64,000 nucleotides of DNA from Botryllus schlosseri (taxonomy: Eukaryota), in assembly GCA_051294905.1 (NCBI GenBank), contig CM119375.1:25110001-25174000 (forward strand), written 5' to 3'. The notes beneath the pieces were generated by a model, which was not told the origin of the DNA, made no database searches, and saw only the letters and a program-made list of their open reading frames with translations. Below are positions 53,401 through 64,000 of this stretch, piece by piece (the stretch's first letter is position 1; every line of letters begins with the position of its first letter). Position numbers and translations under genes: made by a program.

Positions 53401-54230
53401 ATGTGATCTATGAAAAGAACCCCTGAAGCGATTCGAAAATTGATGCAAAAATAATGATTTCAGACGATTAGAGAATAAGACATAACCTCCTATCATAGTT
53501 AGGGAGGTCTCAGATTAGGAACGATTGGCGGCAAAGACAATGTGTTTAAATTTAAAATCAGACAACAAGAATAAGGCTGAACATAACTAGAAGACAGCCT
53601 GAACCAGCATGAAGTAACGAAGGAAAACTTAGAGCTAGAGTACATCTTTATCATCTTAGAGGCAGCTGGCACTTTCCATAGCAGCACAATATTTATCTGA
53701 TCATTCATCTAAATTTGTGACTATGAAAACTCCTGTAAACCTATATTCAACGACAGAGACCTATGACATGTTTTTATTGTGTATTTGATTAAGACAGAAT
53801 CGTATTTCATAATGATGATACAGCTGTTGAGCACCATCAGGTTCAGTCTTGCAGTGTCGGAATGGCATAGTACGGGCACTATGATGCTATGATTTAGGTC
53901 AGCTTGAGGATTTCCAAGGCAGGGTGCAATATGAAAATGTACTCGAAATAATATCCACAATGAGGTTTTGCATCAACCCAAACCACAACAGCTGCTTAAA
54001 ACCTGACATATGTGGCACTTTAGTAGGCTAAGTGAAATCGCGGCCCTCAAATTTTAGGGGTATCCCCCATTTTCAACCGATATTCTTCCAGCTCAACACG
54101 CGCATTGCACACTGATGCAAGGGATTACTTAAAGAAAAAAGTAGCTAGAATATGTTTTTTAAGGTATAAGCCATGGGAAACGGACTGATAACCAATACTT
54201 TTTCAAAGTCAAACAATTCTAACCACCCAA
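50490..54230. mobile_element. Degenerate member of the TAGGG-ended hAT-like family, interrupted by a nested element
   Basis: The left end matches the 28383 TIR, breaks at 50613 and resumes at 52706. The right end (about 54050-54230) is the diverged inverted counterpart. No TSD match. Confidence 0.7.
50614..52705. mobile_element. Non-autonomous long-TIR element (Mutator-like architecture)
   Basis: TIRs of about 150 bp (50614-50761 vs 52554-52705) starting GGCTCTTCAAAAAT, flanked by CTGTGTGCA / TAGTGTGCA (7 of 9). Confidence 0.7.
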
Positions 54231-54740
54231 ATGAACATGAGTGGAGGCAGAACCGTACACATTAATCAGGACCTTGAGAGCTTGCTCAAATTGCTCAAAT
54301 ATACTAGTACGGTGAGTCATCTTGCGCTGGGAAATGCTTCTGCAGTAGTGTGGGGCTAGTATTCACCTTAATTTGTACCTGCACACTGCACAGGCATTTG
54401 TAGTTTGGATTAATAGCTTATGTGAGCCCCAATGTTCTTATTATTATATCCAATGTGGCTTTATTCATTTACGTAAAATTATCTGAAACGCATACATAGT
54501 TTACTGGTCTCAGATCGGCTTATTATCTATGACTCACACTCTCAGAACAGATGAAGGAATTTGTTGTTAAATAAATGTTTTCGTTTACATTTTCGAAAAA
54601 ATTGCTTATATCGTATTGTCAGCCAGATGGAACCAAGCAAAGTTTTGAATATTGAATAACTTTCTCCGTTGACAATTCATAGCTGGAATTCTGTTAATCA
54701 CCACAAAAAGCCAGCTAACTTTCCTGAAATAACTTAGGAT

Positions 54741-54770
54741 TTATTCTAAATAAAAGTGAACAATTGCCGC
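54741..54770 (-). CDS. Possible terminal exon of the cPLA2-like gene (AAIVHFYLE-stop)
   Basis: AAG acceptor 45 nt from the phase-0 donor. Only loose similarity to the cPLA2 C-terminus. Confidence 0.3.
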   Translation of the reverse strand, partial: AAIVHFYLE

Positions 54771-54815
54771 CTTTTGCAGATAGATTATGTCGTATGTCGA
54801 TATGTTAATTTTCAC

Positions 54816-54949
54816 CTTAATGTTTGCTCCAACGTTGTACTTCATTAGCTCTCTCAAGCGATCCACTTCTCTCGGAGTGTATTGAAGTTTTCTGGCTGGA
54901 TATGTCCCGGGAGTGACGTCAAAGTCATTGAATTCTTCACCATTGTACT
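54816..54949 (-). CDS. cPLA2-like exon (YNGEEFNDFDVTPGTYPARKLQYTPREVDRLRELMKYNVGANIK)
   Basis: TTGCAG acceptor and GTGAAA donor. Resembles the cPLA2 C-terminal FDIF...FQY...RLHDLMHFN region. Phase fits the upstream exon. Confidence 0.75.
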
Positions 54950-55067
54950 CTGCAACAGATGTTGTACGTAAGTCACGTTCAATTATTTCTCATGATTTAT
55001 TCGTATGCTGAACCGCAATTCACATCATATACCACAACTACAAGCAAAAATCAGAGCAGTGTCATAC

Positions 55068-55281
55068 TCGCTGACGGGTATTCTTCCAACCGGTGACCTT
55101 TTTTTAGTTTCCGGAATCCAATGTTGTGGAGAGGGAACCAGATCACGATTGGACAATCAGGCTTTTTGTCGTCTTGAAACACGTAATACTCTTTCGGTTC
55201 TTCTCCTTTGATTTTTTCGATATCGATTTCAGGGAAATTCATATTGTTGTCGTACATTTGTTTCTTCGTTTGTTTCAAGCC
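55068..55281 (-). CDS. cPLA2-like exon (GLKQTKKQMYDNNMNFPEID...DCPIVIWFPLHNIGFRK)
   Basis: Resembles cPLA2 FPKID...ECYVF...DCPTIIHFVLANINFRK. TAG acceptor and GTATGA donor. Confidence 0.85.
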
Positions 55282-55744
55282 CTACGTGAAGGGGAAAATG
55301 TTAACGGTGAGGAATATATGCCACCGTAGCCATGACAAAGTATCTTACGAGCGAATTTCTCTTTTTTATTAATATTAAATATACTGTAATATACTATAGT
55401 ATCTTCCCGATATCGGTCCCCTACCCGTCTTGTATGAACAATGAGCAGTACCAGAAATTGTCGATGCTTACTTTCTACTTTGTTCCATTTATTTAAGACA
55501 CATAAATGTATTAAATGTGTAAAAATATATTCATATTTGTCCCAAAATGATTTTCGAGCAGACACTTATTAGGGATTACCACCAGCTATAATGTATCATT
55601 GAAACACGCCAATAAATTTGAAATCAAGTTTAGCTTGCCTGACATTTTAAGCAATCTAGATATGAGGAATAAAATACCAGAGTTATATTGAACTACGCAG
55701 TCACATCGCGTGAGAAACATATTCGAAAACTTTACTGAATCGTA

Positions 55745-56612
55745 TAGGTCAGCCAATCCGTGACCCGCGAGATGGATTTAAGTGGCTCACGCGATAATGT
55801 TTGAACTTATATATTCGAAGTTATATTATAATAAAATAGATTATCCAGCTAATTTACTCCGAACTTGCAATACCAACCAAAATTTGATTAGCCTGCCCAC
55901 GAATCTTAAGATGTTGATTAGTGAATATCAGTTCCGATACATTGGCGTAGCCAGGGGCAGTCTCATTATCGTAAATATTTGTGCATGACCTTGACCAGAT
56001 AGTATAATATCTCGGGGCAGAGTTGTTCGACTTTAAATTTTTCGCAGCACTTCGCGGGATTTGTATCAAACTCATTTGTTTAAACTTTTAGTTTTAAACT
56101 TTCACTGTAAATTCCAATTTTCAGAATTGAATGTAACTATATTCGCAATAATGAGACAACGTGTCGACCAGCATTAGACTTCGCGTTTGCACTCGCAGAA
56201 AGACCGTCGGTGGTGAAACCTTGGTAGAAAATGATAGACACATGTTTGCGTAAACCTTCGATATTGTATGTCAAAACGCCAAATAATTCTGTCCTTGTCA
56301 AATGAGAACAGCAGTATAAGAGGCGAACCGAAATATATTCAAGTAACAATATTATTTACATCATTCATTTATTAACTTTGAACAAAAAAAAATCGCGTTG
56401 GGCGCGGCTATAAGACATAAATTCAAACATAGTTTTCATTACCTAATGTGTATCTATTTTCATTCGTAGTAAGGTAAGTCTTGTTTTCAGCGTTACATAC
56501 TCTGGTTCGCTCCTATCGGACGATTAAAAAAATAACGTCGACATTCGAATGGCCCTAGCAATGGTTCGTGAATCTCATGTGGACCGTTGGCCGGAAAGGT
56601 TGGCCACCCCTG
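55745..56612. mobile_element. Diverged relative of the 39275-40315 MITE, in a cPLA2 intron
   Basis: Ends TAGGTCAGCCAATCC / GGTTGGCCACCCCTG. 56160-56350 is homologous to 40020-40210. Confidence 0.7.
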
Positions 56613-56649
56613 GTGTAGATCTATATGACGTAAGTTATATTATACCATT

Positions 56650-57942
56650 CAGAGGTGGTCAAAGTAGTCAAGAAAGCTACTCAAGTAGAAGTAGAAGAAG
56701 CGACTGAAAAATCTACTCAAGTACGAGTAGAAGTACTTCTTCCATAAGAAACCTAAAACTACTTGAAGTAGAAGTAGAATTGACTGACTTTTAATCTACT
56801 CAAGTAAGTAAGTAGTTGCGAAAACGATCGTAATTCGTTCACATGGATTGTCAAAAGGTGCAAATTGAGCTATGCAAAAGGTGCAGAGCTTGATTCATAT
56901 TGATGCATACCAGGAGGTATCCAATTTTCGACAGCATAAGCATTCGTCCGCATCATGGGATGAAAATGATGGATGGAAATGCGATACTAATCCTCTGTTT
57001 ACTCGAACAGCACGTTTTAGTAAATATCATGCTATGGTGCATTCCCTCATATTATAAAACCTGTAGTTTAGTCAAAGAGCAATACGGAGAAGTTGTATAG
57101 GATACGGTGTAAACACTTCGCGCGATTAGTAAACATTAATAAAAAATATGTTGGATTGTAAAAATGCCATATTGTGTAGCTTTATTTCCGTAAATTGAAG
57201 ACATTATTACACGTGCTGTTATACTTCAACATCTATGTTAACCAGACAAAAGAACTGATATTAATTAGAACTCAAAGTATATGATACTGGGAATTGAAAG
57301 TGAAATAGAAATACTACTTCTAAAAGCGGAACAGGTATTTCATATCTTTAGTCCAGAAATTTTCGAAGGTTGGTATGCTAAAACAGCTCTAAAACTAAAA
57401 AATAAAGTCAGAGTCCACTTTTCCAGATTAGGACACGCCATGGACTGCTAGCTTACGATATGATACGTAAATGCTAGATTGCGAAACATCAGTTTCAAAC
57501 GTTATGAACCATAATATTATATACTGTGATGAAATATTTGATATTGCGAAGGGCGACAATGCGGTGTGAACGGAACCACGCCAACCCGCTACCTAAGTTA
57601 TCTTCACCGATACTATAGTGAAATCATACGGGTTACTCCGTATCCACTGCGCGCGAAGCACGACGGAAATTCTGGGCTTTACTGAAATTTTATGAAAATT
57701 AAATGTTGATGCTCCGTGAAAACAGCCACGAAATTCCTCAGGCTATGTTCCCGATTGAAGGATTAAACTACTTCTACTTGACAAACTGAAAATAGCGAAA
57801 AGTAAGTAATTAGATCACATAATATTACAAAGTAGAAGTAGAAGTAGCGAAAATCAGATCTACTTGAGTAAGTAGCAGAAGTAGAGGAAAACTACTTGAG
57901 TACTTCGAAGACGTAGAAGTACTTCGTTACTGACCACCTCTG
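56650..57942. mobile_element. hAT MITE with Tol2-like ends, copy 1
   Basis: Perfect 12-bp TIR CAGAGGTGGTCA / TGACCACCTCTG, TSD ATACCATT / ATACCAAT, and dense AGTA/TACT subterminal repeats. Confidence 0.9.
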
Positions 57943-58231
57943 ATACCAATTGCCGTGGTGCAAAACGTCTTTGATGCGAAGAGCACCACTAAGCGATTTT
58001 ATATGTAATATTGAGAAGTTAAGATTTGCACTCGACGGGTAAAATAATATAAATATATGGAGCTACAGTAAGACAATATTGATGTTTATAAATGAGCAAT
58101 GAGCATGGAATTATCATGCACGATTTGAAATTTACGTCACGAAAACAGCGCCTCAAGTCTTAGGAAAGGTGTATCCAAAATTATTTATAGGCCTATCATA
58201 TCCTATAAAGATATATTTCAGTATGTCTTAC

Positions 58232-58416
58232 GCTGAAGAAATCTTTTGAATTTCTGTCCTTGGATTGCTCTTCACAATCGATAACTATCATGACATCGAC
58301 ATTTCTTTTAGGTCTAGCAACGTGAATAGCTGGAACATTGCATCCCAATCCAGAATCAGTCATCTCAATCGTTTTTTTGTCAACGGAAGATTTCTCTTTA
58401 ATCCGAGTTGAACAAT
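58232..58416 (-). CDS. cPLA2-like (group IV phospholipase A2) exon with the catalytic Asp motif
   Basis: DSGLGCNVPAIHVARPKRNVDVMIVID resembles cPLA2 DSGLTFNLPYPLILRPQRGVDLIISFD. TTTCAG acceptor and GTAAGA donor. Confidence 0.85.
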
Positions 58417-59086
58417 CTGAAAGAAGCCTCGAATTAAAGACACGTAGGCTAACTGTCGACCAGTACCACTTTAGCCAATGCATATGAAGTATTTTATGGT
58501 CGTAAAACTGCAATAGAAAACAAAAGTCCTCAGGTGTGATAACTGATAAACTAGAAATGTAATGGCTTGATTTCATTTTGTCATTGATCAGCAGAACGAA
58601 TGTACCACTTTTGAGCTATGGCCAGATCACGGGAAGAATGTTTTTACGATTATAAGCTCAGCTTGTCTTACTTTTGAGACGAAAAGTAAACAGTTACTAA
58701 TCCACGCCGTTCTCAAAATCCTTTCTACTGCTGAGTGCTGATGTTACGCGGTTAGATCATGAGGCGTAATCGCAGGATAATCGCATATGACGCGAGACTT
58801 TTTGTTTGACTTGGAAATTATTTAACATTTGAAGAGCGTTCGAAGCAATGTATGTTGGTGACGTGTTTTGCCTGATTCGCTATCGCGTAGCCCCATGAGA
58901 GATTATGGTGCTGCCAGCGCAATAGTCGTTCGTTTTTGTATCTGACCTTACCTAGCAAGGATCGTTAGTTTATGGTGTCACCGCTAGTCGGGATATTGTT
59001 GATAAAAGCCTACCATAAGTTCATTGGTCTGGTTCATCACAAATTAATTGACAAGTCCCGACTGAGTGTAAAGGCGTAAGACAGGG

Positions 59087-59676
59087 ATGTCGCCTGCTGG
59101 AGAGATATTGTATCATGTTCCGACTTCCAAAGTTTTGCCGAGTGCTCCGGGAGCTGAACTGATGTTCAAGCGTTGGAAGGATATGCTTGTTAGTTTTATC
59201 AAAGCCGCGGACGATCGCCGTCGTCAGTCTTCTGCGTCAGCCTCGTCTACGCCCGGATCTGAGCAAGGTCCGTCTTGGAGAAGCAAGGAATCATGGTTGG
59301 TTACCTATCTCCCGAAGTTTACTCGTATGTGTGCGACGCCGAAAATTTTGAAAAAGCGATCGAAATCTTAGGGGGACTTTATTTGGGGAAGAGAAATATC
59401 ATAAATGATCGACGTACGCTCACCACGAGCAGTCAGCAGCCAGGAGAAAACGTCATGAAGTTTGCACAAAGACTGTTGTCACTCGCGAAGAATTGCAGGT
59501 TCGAGGCCGTATCCGCTGAGGATCACCGTAAGCAATATATTAAAGACGCGGTAATTGTTGGCTTGTCGTCTCATGCGATACGATTGCGTTTGCTGGAGTT
59601 TGATAACCTGACTCTTGATAAAGCTGTTCAGGATGCAGATTCACTGGAGAGAGCCCAGAAGTGTTCTGCGATATGA
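59087..59676 (+). pseudogene. Frameshifted Gypsy gag
   Basis: QQPGENVMKFAQRLLSLAKNCRF...IKDAVIVGLSSHAIRLRLLE is typical retrotransposon gag. It is split over two overlapping ORFs. Confidence 0.85.
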
Positions 59677-60050
59677 ATCCTCAGGCGGCAGCTTCCATCG
59701 AAACCGATAAAGGTCGGAAGGTTAGTCAGACCACACCCTCCAAGTCGCCGTCACGATACGAAGAGGACTCTGATATGGGCAATCTTTAGCCGTCTCGCGG
59801 AGAAGTGGAAACCGAAACCCGTTTTTTTTTTACGAAACTCTGACGTTCGCTGCGTCGGAGTCGTATTTTTCGTGGCATATAAATCCTTTCCATAGAAAAA
59901 TAGGATAAATTACAAAAAAAGAGGACATTTAGCCATCCTCCGAGGACACTTTCAATTTGTAAATTTTGATACATACATTCCAGAGCAGTTAACTGGTAAC
60001 GGTGATCGCTCATGTATCTCCGTAAATATGTAGACTAGCCTGTATATAAT

Positions 60051-61337
60051 CAGAGGTGGTCGAAGTAGTCAAGAAAGCTATTCAAGTAGGAGTAGAAGTA
60101 GCGACGACAAAATCTACTTAAGTACGAGTAGAAGTACTTCTTCAATGAGCAACCTAAAACAACTTGAAATAGAAGTAGAATTGACTGACTTTAAAAGTAC
60201 TCAAGTAAGTAAGTAGTTGTGAGAACGATCCTAATTCGTTCACATGGATTATAAAAAGGTGCAAATTGAGCTATCCGAAAGGTGACGAACTTGATTCATA
60301 TTGATGCATGCCAGCAGGTATCCAATTTTCGATAGCATAAGCATTCGTCAACATCATGGGATGAAAATGATAGTATTGATATGGAAATGCGATACTAATC
60401 CTCTGTTTTCTCAAACAGCACGTTTTAGAAAATATCATGGTATTGCGCACTCCCCCATGTTATAAGACCTGTACTTTAGTCGAAGAGCAATACCGAGATG
60501 TTGTGTTAGATGCGGTGTAAACCCTTTCTTCGATTATTAAACGTTAATAAAAAATATGGTGGACCGTAAAAATGCTATATTGTGTAGCTTTATTTCTGGG
60601 AATTTAAGACATTACTACAGTTGTTTTTATACTTCAAGATGTACGTTATCCAGACAAAAGAACTGATATTAATTAGAAATCAAAATTTATGGTACTGGGA
60701 ATTGAAAGTGAAAGATAAATCTAAAAACGGAACATGTATTTAATGTCTTTAGTTCAGAATGTTTCGAAGGTTGGTAGGCTAAAACGGCTCTATAACCAAA
60801 AAAAAAGTCCCAGTCCACTTTTCCAGATTAGGACACGCGATGGACAGCTAGACCACGTTATGATAAATAAATGCTAGATTGCCAAACATCAGTTTCAAAC
60901 GAAATGATAAGTCATATATACTGTGATGAAATATTTGATATGGCGATAGGGTGACAATGCGGTGTGAACGTAACCAGGCCAACCCGCTACCTAAATTATA
61001 TTCACCGATACTTTCGTGAAATCTCACTGGATACTCCGTATGCACTGCTCGCGAAGCGCGACGAAAATTCTGGGCTTAACTCAACTTTTATGAAAATTAA
61101 ATGTCGATAATCCGCTAAAACAGTCCCGAAATTTCTCAGGCTTTCTTCCTGATTGGAGGATTAAACTACTTCTACTTGACAAACTGAAAATAGCGAAAAG
61201 TAAGTAAGTAGATCACAAAATATTATGAAGTAGAAGAAGAAGTAGTGAAATTCAGATCTACCTGAGTAAGTATCAGATGTAGAGGAAGACTACTTGAGTA
61301 CTTCAAAAAAGTGGAAGTACTTCGTTACTGACCTCTG
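60051..61337. mobile_element. hAT MITE with Tol2-like ends, copy 2
   Basis: Homologous to 56650-57942 over its length. TSD TATATAAT / TAGATAAT. Confidence 0.9.
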
Positions 61338-61670
61338 TAGATAATGGTTAACAAATGCGGCTATTCCCCGTCAGAAACCATTGAATTCCCACCAGTTGGG
61401 AACCACTGGTTTAGACCTAGAGAACTAAATTTTTATATACTCTAGTCAGGGGTAAACCCGTCCGATTAGTTTTTGCCAAGCATGTCGCCGACATTAAGGA
61501 TTTTGATTAAAGACGTTCTTATGAAAAAACACGAAACACTCGATCAAGTGAGGGCGAAGTTCAGAAAAAGTACAAGCTTCGCTCAACATCAATGCTATTC
61601 AAGCTGCACAATGCTCGGAAGGCATCGACAAAGAAAATATGCTTTGTACCATTGCATATACATTTCTGTG

Positions 61671-61941
61671 CAGTGGTTCTCGAATTGGGGGCGTGAGAGC
61701 TTCGTAACGGCGTGATTTTTTTCGCGCTTCACGTGATCTACCCCTAGCTTAAAGTTTTTGCTCTGTGTATTGTCAGAATTAAATATTTCAGAATTCACTC
61801 ATCAACAGCCATAACCTTCCATGCCATAAAACTATCCTTCGGGATTGCTAGCATTCTGGTTGTGATATCATAATAAGGGGGATGGGCGAATTTTTAACCA
61901 TCATTCGGGGAGGCGTGCCTAAAAAAGTTTGAGAACCACTA
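61671..61941. mobile_element. Small Charlie-like MITE
   Basis: Ends CAGTGGTTCTCGAA / TTGAGAACCACTA. The TSD is poorly conserved. Confidence 0.6.
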
Positions 61942-62306
61942 TTTTAGAGTCTCAATAAAAGAACATGGACCGGGCTTTAAAGAGAGTTAAAATGTATCAT
62001 GTTTAACATTGTTTCCAATCACGACGGCAAATAGATATATTTTAATTAACTGTCACTTTCTCATTACCTAACACGGAGCAGCATTTATTAACAATGTAAT
62101 TTAGAAATAAAATTGAAATACGCAGAAGATAGCTAAAAATTTCACTCGGCCCGCCAACGTAGTTTCTACTTCTCATTTGGCCCTCGGGGGAAAATAATTG
62201 CCCATCCCTGCGATAGACGATTCAAATAATAACAGACCAACAAGCTCTTTCATTTATATTTGATAAGCAGCACATAAGTAAGATCAAAAACACCAAGCTG
62301 GCTCTG

Positions 62307-63400
62307 TGGCGATTGGAGTTGAGTGAATGTACCTACGATATCGAACATACACCGGGTTTGGAAAACACAGCAGCTGATGCATTTACAAAACTCTGTTCGG
62401 CCACTAGTGATTATGGCCTGAGTTCGGAAGAAATTCATGTCTCTTATGGTCACCCAGGGATTCGCAGACTAATGCATTTTGTACGTTCGAAAAATCTTCC
62501 ATTTTGAGTCGAAGAAGTGAAGAGACAAAGCATCAACTGTAAAGAGTGCCCTGAGATAAAGTCGAAATTCTACAAACCTCCGGCCACGCCGTTGATCAAA
62601 GTGAGCAGACCTTGGGAAAGATTGAGCGTGGATTTCAAGGGACCTGTGGACGGAAAAAGGCAGTACCTTCTCATCATGGTTGATGAGTATAACAATTTTC
62701 CTTCCTGTATTTATTTGCTCTGATATGAGAGCATCAACCGTGATTTCACAATTTGTGTCGCTTTTCAGCATAATGGCACTTCCCGAATAGTTCCACTGTA
62801 GTGCGGAGTGTATCAACAATTTCTCTGGTTCGACTCCGATCCGGTTTTCCAATTCTCTGGTCCCGGTCCGGCTCCGATCCAGCCCCGATCCGACTACAGC
62901 CAAAAATGAAAAAGTACAGCCGGAAATCCTGCCCTACACGGTAGGGTGGTTCCGTGAGTTTATAAATATGGCTCGTTCATATTCGCACTGGCTGGACGGT
63001 TACTTGCGTGTGCTTGGTTGGTACTTATTTTGTTACAAGAGTCATGCTTATCCATAAAGATTCTGGCCGTATCAGAAATGTACTGATCCGGTTCCGATCC
63101 GGCTCCGACTAAAATTGAAAATATCCTGCCGGATTTACAATCCGGCTCTGTCCATGCTCCACACTGGTCCCCAGTGACCGATCTCAATCTCTCTTTGGAA
63201 ATGAAGTATCACAATTTCTGAAGGAGAAACGAGTCGCGACGAGTCGAAACCCGCCATGCCACCCAACTGGTAACTCCCAATGCGAGCACGTAAACCAGAC
63301 AATCTGGCGTACAATCAAGCTCACGCTTGCTTCTCTCGAGCTGCGCGAAAAGATGAACCTGTCTGCGAGCCGGTTGAACTCCTCGAAACCAACCCTCAAT
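62307..63400 (+). pseudogene. Gypsy RNase H tail and integrase remnant
   Basis: WRLEL...PGLENTAADAF, HVSYGHPG...CKEC, PWERLSVDFKGP, SDR and HPTGNSQCE motifs, with stops and a MITE insertion. Confidence 0.88.
62799..63166. mobile_element. hAT-type MITE inserted in the integrase V-H-S-D motif
   Basis: Ends TAGTGCGGAG / CTCCACACTG and CTCCGATCC subterminal repeats. Flanks TTCCACTG / GTCCCCAG both resemble an inferred GTCCACAG target. Confidence 0.7.
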
Positions 63401-64000
63401 ACTCGTTCATCCAATATCCAGATGGGCGATAAACAACCCTATATACCCGGCAGACTCTGATACCGTCGATAAGACGCCTATTGAAACCGCGAGTGATGAT
63501 GCTACTCATGACATCAACGTTGAGGAGTCGACTCCTAAGATGGAGACAAGCAGCGAGATGAACGTAGAAACTGATGATGAGGAACTGCCGGCATCTGAAC
63601 CCACGGAAGTGCCGTTGAGACGCTCAACTCGTATCAAAAAGGCGCCAGACAGATTTCATTATCAAGTTGAACAATTTTGTAGTGCTTTTTGGTTATTTCA
63701 TATTGCATTTCATTGTGATGCCACCCTCATTTTCAGAGGGGAAGATTGACGTGTTTTGCCTGATGCGCTATAGCGTATCACGTGAGCGCTGTCATGCCCC
63801 ATGAGCGATCATGGTGCTGCCAGCGAAGTAATCAGTCGTTTTTGTATCTGGCCTTACCTAGCAAGGATCGTCAGTTCATGGTGTCAGCGCTAGTCGGGAT
63901 ATTGTTAATAAAAAAAGCCTATAAGTTCATTGGTCTGGTTCATCACAGTTGGTGAGTAGTAGGAAGAGGTAGGCTTTCCAGGATTTGCGGCATAAAGTAG

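Larger units (their letters stand above)
58859..63947 (+). mobile_element. Decayed Ty3/Gypsy LTR retrotransposon with nested MITEs
   Basis: LTRs at 58859-59041 and 63747-63947 (TG...CA, visibly diverged), 5-bp TSD GTTGG, PPT AGAGGGGAAGA, and gag and integrase remnants. RT was not seen. Confidence 0.92.

Noticed and set aside
52852-53496. 214-aa ORF as a host gene
   Set aside because: It lies inside a degenerate TAGGG-family element, has no recognisable domain and no convincing splice context. It is probably decayed transposon sequence.
56137-56349. ORF between cPLA2 exons as an extra exon
   Set aside because: It is homologous to MITE sequence at 40020-40210. The flanking cPLA2 exons already join in phase 0 and match the family alignment without it.

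Overview
Eukaryotic, transposon-dense, intron-containing DNA. Very short GT-AG introns and retained CpG suggest an invertebrate, possibly a tunicate, but the taxon is not established. (1) A near-identical tandem duplication: 1-12085 matches 20287-30160. Its right breakpoint lies inside a hAT-type transposase pseudogene and joins an inverted minisatellite through about 10 bp of imperfect microhomology. (2) An intact BEL/Pao LTR retrotransposon (13809-21129, apparently identical 457-bp LTRs, GCCTA TSD, single polyprotein ORF); the end of a second copy is at 1-843. (3) A multi-exon minus-strand gene with EF-hand loops whose 3' exons are duplicated; the left copy has a 2.2-kb hAT insertion in its last exon. 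(4) The 3' catalytic exons of a cytosolic phospholipase A2-like gene (about 54.7-58.4 kb, minus strand). (5) Two decayed Ty3/Gypsy elements that lack a tRNA-type PBS and have an 18-19-bp LTR/PBS fold-back suggestive of self-priming. (6) A 125-bp satellite of about 17 units. (7) More than ten nested DNA transposons and MITEs, mostly with 8-bp TSDs, including two with Tol2-like ends and one with long TIRs. No rRNA, tRNA or CRISPR array could be supported. All alignments and gene models were made by eye.
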